From contig NC_068989.1 of assembly GCF_001194135.2 (NCBI RefSeq), forward strand, positions 11,169,554 to 11,222,538: a stretch of DNA of 52,985 nt. The letters run 5' to 3'. The notes below the pieces were generated by a model. That model was not told where the DNA came from and ran no database searches. It saw only the letters and a list, made by a program, of their open reading frames with translations. Numbering within the stretch: the stretch's first letter is position 1; each line of letters opens with the position of its first letter. The DNA comes from Octopus bimaculoides (lineage: Eukaryota). Shown here one piece after another: positions 48,606 through 52,985 of this stretch. The translations under genes were made by a program, and so were the position numbers.

Positions 48606-49265
48606 TAGGCGTGGTTGGGTGGTTAGGAGCTTGCTTTCCAGCCATGTAGTTTTGAGTTCAGTCCCACTGTGAGGCACTTTGGGCAAGTGCCTTCTACTAT
48701 GGAACTGGGCTGATCGAAGTATTGTGACTGAAGGCGATAGGCAGAAACTGAAAGAAGCCTGTCACGTGTGTGTATATAGATAGATAGATAAATAGATAGA
48801 TAGGTAGGTAGATAGATAGGTAGGTAGGTAGGTAGGTAGATAGATAGATAGATAGATAGATAGATCAATAGGTAGGTAGGTAGATAGATAGATAGATCGA
48901 GAGGTAGGTAGGTAGGTAGGTAGATAGATAGATAGACAGGTGTGGATGTGTAGTTATAAGCTTGCTCTCCAGCCAGTTCCACTGTGTAGAACCTTGGGCA
49001 AGTGTCTTCTACTACAGACCTGGGCTGACCAAAGTCTTGTGACCGAAGGTGATAGAAACTGAAAGAAGCCTATCCCATGTGTGTGTGTATAGATAGATAG
49101 ATAGATAGATAGATAGAGACAGGTGTGGATGTGTGGTTACAAGCTTGCTCTCCAGCCAGTTCCACTATGCAGAACCTCAGGCAAGTGTCTTCTGCTTTAG
49201 CTCTGGACTGACCTTGTGACTGAATGTGGTAGACAAAAATTGAAAGAAGCCTGTCACGTGTGTGT
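48606..49265 (+). mobile_element. Three tandem SINE-A-like 5' halves separated by (GATA)/(GGTA)n
   Basis: GGCAAGTG(T/C)CTTCT...GAAACTGAAAGAAGCC recurs three times, with shared non-consensus linkers. Confidence 0.8.
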
Positions 49266-50390
49266 GTGTGTGCATGCATGCGTGAGTGTCCTTGTATGTA
49301 CCTTGATGTGACGGTTGTTAAATGAGCATCACTACCATACAAGTAGTGTTTGTTTCTTGTCTTTTATAAAGAACATGTCCAGCCATATGGAGAATATTAA
49401 CCTTTGCTTGGAAGTAAGTGAGAGTTGGTGACAGGAAGAGCATCTGGTCATAGATTATCTGCCTCAACAAATCTGTCTGACACATGCAAGCATGGAAATG
49501 TAGACTTCAATGATAATGATGACTGTGGTGGGTGGACCCACAATTCAAACTTCTCAAAATTAATATTTCTGTTATCCTTGGAAATGTCAATAAACAGATA
49601 GATAATCACAGTTCAATACTGAATGCTAAAAAGTTAGAAATAATAATAATAATAATAATAATAACAGCAATAACAACAACAATAACAATAATATTATTTT
49701 CCTTGTAAAAATAAATAATGATGGATTTATTGTCAAAAGCATCTGTCTTGGTGGCACCAATTCTGACTTCTCAAGAGACCCCAAGACAAAAAAATGATAA
49801 ATAAAATCTTTAATGTTATGTTAGATAAATATATGACCTTTTACTAATATAACATTTGAGCGATCAATCATTTATATATTATTGTCCTAAGAAATATAGG
49901 TACAAGGGGAAGTTCCCAGAAAACTTCCCCCATATTCATGTATTCATTGAGACAAAATTTCTTGTTAACTCTTTTATCGTTTCTAAAAATGACTTTTGAA
50001 ATTCGCTTGTCAATATTTTGGCTAATAAGCTTAAAAGGAATTTTTTTTTTTTTTTTTTTTAAATTAAGAGCCGACCAAGAAAAAGAAATAATTATGGTTA
50101 GATCTCAGAACATTGAGCTTTGCAGAATTGAGATAGACCTGCTAGTTCATTTTACATCTCATATTGATTTCAGATTTTGGCACAAGGCCAGTGATTTCAG
50201 TAGAGGGCGCTAGTCAATTACATTGGTGGCCCTGAAAGAATGTAAGGCAAAGTTGGTCTCAGCAGAATTTGAACCTAGAAAGTAAAGCTGGACAAAATGT
50301 TGCTTAGCATTTTGCCCAGCACACTAACAATTCTGTCAGATTGCCACCATAAACTTTCATCTCATATTAGTATGTAAAAATAGCTGTTAG

Positions 50391-50746
50391 GGCAGCGCAT
50401 GACTCGGTGGTTAGAGTGTCGGACTCACAATGATGAGGTAGTGAGTTCAATTCCCAGACCAGGCTGTGAGTTGTGTGTTCTTGAGCAAGACACTTTATTT
50501 CACGTTGCTCCAGTTCCCTCAGCTGTAGAAATGAGTTGCGACGTCACAGGTGCCAAGCTTTATTAGCCTTAGACTTTCCCTTGGGTAACATCGATGACGT
50601 GGAGAGGGGAACCTAGTATGGATGGTCTTCAATAAACAAGACTGCTGGTCTTCCATAAACAACCTTGTCCAGACTTGTACCTGAGAGGGTAACCTTCTAG
50701 GTGCAATCCCATGGTCATTCATGACTTAAGGGGATCTTTACCCTTT
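50391..50746 (+). mobile_element. tRNA-derived SINE family D, full length
   Basis: Box A TGACTCGGTGG, box B GAGTTCAATTCCC and core TTCTTGAGCAAGACACTTTATTTCACGTTGCTCCAG. Confidence 0.85.
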
Positions 50747-50754
50747 AGCCTATT

Positions 50755-51125
50755 TTTTACTTGTTTCGGTTGCTGACTGTGGCCTTGCTGGGGCATCACC
50801 TTGAAAGGTTTTAGCTGAGAAATTGACCCTAGTATTTATGTATGTCTTTTTTTTTTTTTTTTTTTGGTACTTATTCTTTAGGTTACTTTTGCTGAACTGC
50901 TAAGTTACAGAGATGGAAAAAAATCCAACACTGGTTCTCAAGCAGTGGAAAGTGGGTAACAAAGACACACATATACTAAATGCGGTGCTCCAGCATGGCC
51001 GCGGTCAAATGACTGAAACAAGTAAAAGAGTAAAGAGAGAGAGAGGGTTGATTTGTTCGACTGAACCTCTTCAATGTGGTGCCCCAGCATGGCCACAATC
51101 CAAGAAGTGAACTAAGTAAAACATA
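50755..51125. mobile_element. Cluster of SINE-A tail fragments (one -, two +)
   Basis: Tail motif CCAGCATGGCC...GACTGAAACAAG in both orientations. Confidence 0.7.
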
Positions 51126-51651
51126 GATTTACAAAAGAAAAACAATCCTAAAAAACTTAAATATATTTAGTCCGGTGCTCTTATTACGCCATATCCTTTG
51201 TTGTAAAATAATATGGTTTTGAATATTTGTGATAAAATCTGATTTAGTTTTAACATTCATGCGTTTGCTATATGAACACAGTGGAAGCCACTTATACTTA
51301 TGAATAATGATATCATCGAATGGTTATTATTGTCAAATTTAGTTGATTCCAAACATTATTAGGATATTGGTTTCAGATTTTCGCACAAGCCCAGCAATTA
51401 TGGTGGATGGGGTACGTCAAATACATCAACCCCAGTACGAAATTGGTAGATATTTTATTGGTCCTGAAAGGACAAAATTCAAAGTCCAAACCTCAGCAGT
51501 ATTTGAAAGGAAGAGATGCTGCTAAGCAGTTTTTCCTGCATAGTGCCCCAGTATGGTCGCAATCCAATGATTGGAACGAAACCAGTAAAAGATAATATGC
51601 CAATGTATAAGTATAAATAATTTAAATTACAGAAAATTATTACATACTCTT

Positions 51652-52063
51652 TGGTGGCACATAAAAAGCACCATTCATGTGTGGTTAATGCTGGTGTCAG
51701 TGGCACGTAAAAAGCACCATTCGAGTGTGGTTGTTGCTAGTGCCACCTGACTGGCTCCCAGTGGCACATAAAAAACACCATTCAAGCATGGTCGATGCCA
51801 TGCTAGTGGCACATAGAAAGCACCATTCAAGTGTGGTCAATGCCAGTACCACCTGACTGGCCCTCGTGCCAATAGCACGTAAAAAGCATCCACTACACTC
51901 TCAGAGTGGTTGGCGTTAGGAAGAGCATCCAGCTGTAGAAACATTGGCACATCGGATTGGAACCTGGTGCAGGCTTCTGACTCGCCAGCCCTCAGTCAAA
52001 TTGTCCAACCCATGCCAGCATGGAAAGCGGACGTTAAACAATGTTGATGATGATGATGATGAC
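51652..52063 (+). mobile_element. Family C copy (five units, some internally deleted)
   Basis: Repeated GTGGCAC(A/G)TAAAAAGCACC, core and (GAT)n tail. Confidence 0.85.
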
Positions 52064-52099
52064 GACTTACTTTTTTTATTCAATAAGTTATCAAGACTA

Positions 52100-52328
52100 G
52101 GGCAGCGAGCTGGCAGAATCATTAGCACACCAGGCGAAATAATTAGAAGTATTTCCTCTGCCACTACGTTCTGAGTTCAAATCCCGCCGAAGTCAACTTT
52201 GCCTTTCATCCTTTCGGAGTCAATTAAATAAGTACCAGTTACGCACTGGTGTCAATGTAATCGACTTAATCCCTTTGTCCTTGTTTGTCCCCCTCTATGT
52301 TTAGCCCCTTGTGGGCAATAAAGAAATA
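52100..52328 (+). mobile_element. SINE family B (B2 tail)
   Basis: Full head to the GCCCCTTGTGGGCAATAAAGAAATAA tail. Confidence 0.9.
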
Positions 52329-52489
52329 AATATTATCCAAAAATTTCAGCTATTGATCATATTGGAATCATCTGTTCTGCCCATAACCACTTTCACTTTT
52401 TAAAGATTTTAAACACGCAATAGAATTAAGTCTTTGATTCATAATTACTTGAAGAACTTCGGTTGATTGGAATGTTTCAATCCACTATA

Positions 52490-52830
52490 CTCTTTTTACT
52501 CTTTTACTTGTTTCAGTCATTTGACTGTGGCCATGCTGGAGCACTGCCTTTAGTCGAGAAAATCGACCCAAGGACTCATTCTTTGTAAGTTTAGTACTTA
52601 TTCTAGCGGTCTCTTTTGCCGAACCGCTAAGTCACGGAGACGTAAACACACCAGCATCGGTTGTCAAGCGATGTTCTGAGTCCAAATTCCGCCGAGGTTG
52701 ATTTTACCGTTCATCCTTTCGATAAATTAAGTACCAGTTACACACTCGGGTCGAGGTAATCGACTTAATCCCTTTGTCTGTCCTTGTTTGTCCCCTCTAT
52801 GTTTAGCCCCTTGTGGGCAATAAATAAATA
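52490..52830. mobile_element. SINE-A 3' half (-) joined to SINE-B 3' part (+)
   Basis: Junction at AAGCGATGTT|CTGAGTCCAAATTCC (about 52675). Confidence 0.8.
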
Positions 52831-52985
52831 AATAAGTTATCAAGACTTTATGTTTATAATTTCAGTTACTATATATTTCTTTGTGTATATTGTGAAAAAT
52901 TTAATAGAAAACATGAAAGTCAAAATTGATAGGGGTGGTGGTGGTGGTGGTGGTGGTGAGGGTATGTGCATTATACTCAAGTGTA

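Noticed and set aside
50391-50465. tRNA gene-like sequences with box A and box B (also 24228 and 40924)
   Set aside because: They continue into shared SINE bodies, and I could not fold a full cloverleaf with acceptor stem and terminator.

Overview
AT-rich eukaryotic genomic DNA, very repeat-dense, with ten N-gaps, most of them next to microsatellites. The SINE families and microsatellite style suggest a coleoid cephalopod, probably octopus (inference from recall, not a database search). No intact protein-coding gene is recognisable. The best host-gene evidence is one candidate 48-nt + strand exon (12465-12512). Well-supported content: a decayed Ty3/Gypsy pol (end of RT, RNase H, integrase) with a putative 3' LTR and two tandem polypurine tracts (42257-44515); a 5S rRNA-like copy with no terminator, running into a SINE (24740-24859); a Penelope-like GIY-YIG endonuclease remnant (15131-15420); three hammerhead-ribozyme-like motifs of the Penelope type (14223, 45748, 48063); five SINE-like families (my labels A-E) in tandem, inverted and chimeric arrangements; and piggyBac-, hAT- and pogo-like MITE fragments, one of which has grown a minisatellite. 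Repeat boundaries are approximate, and identities are estimates by eye.
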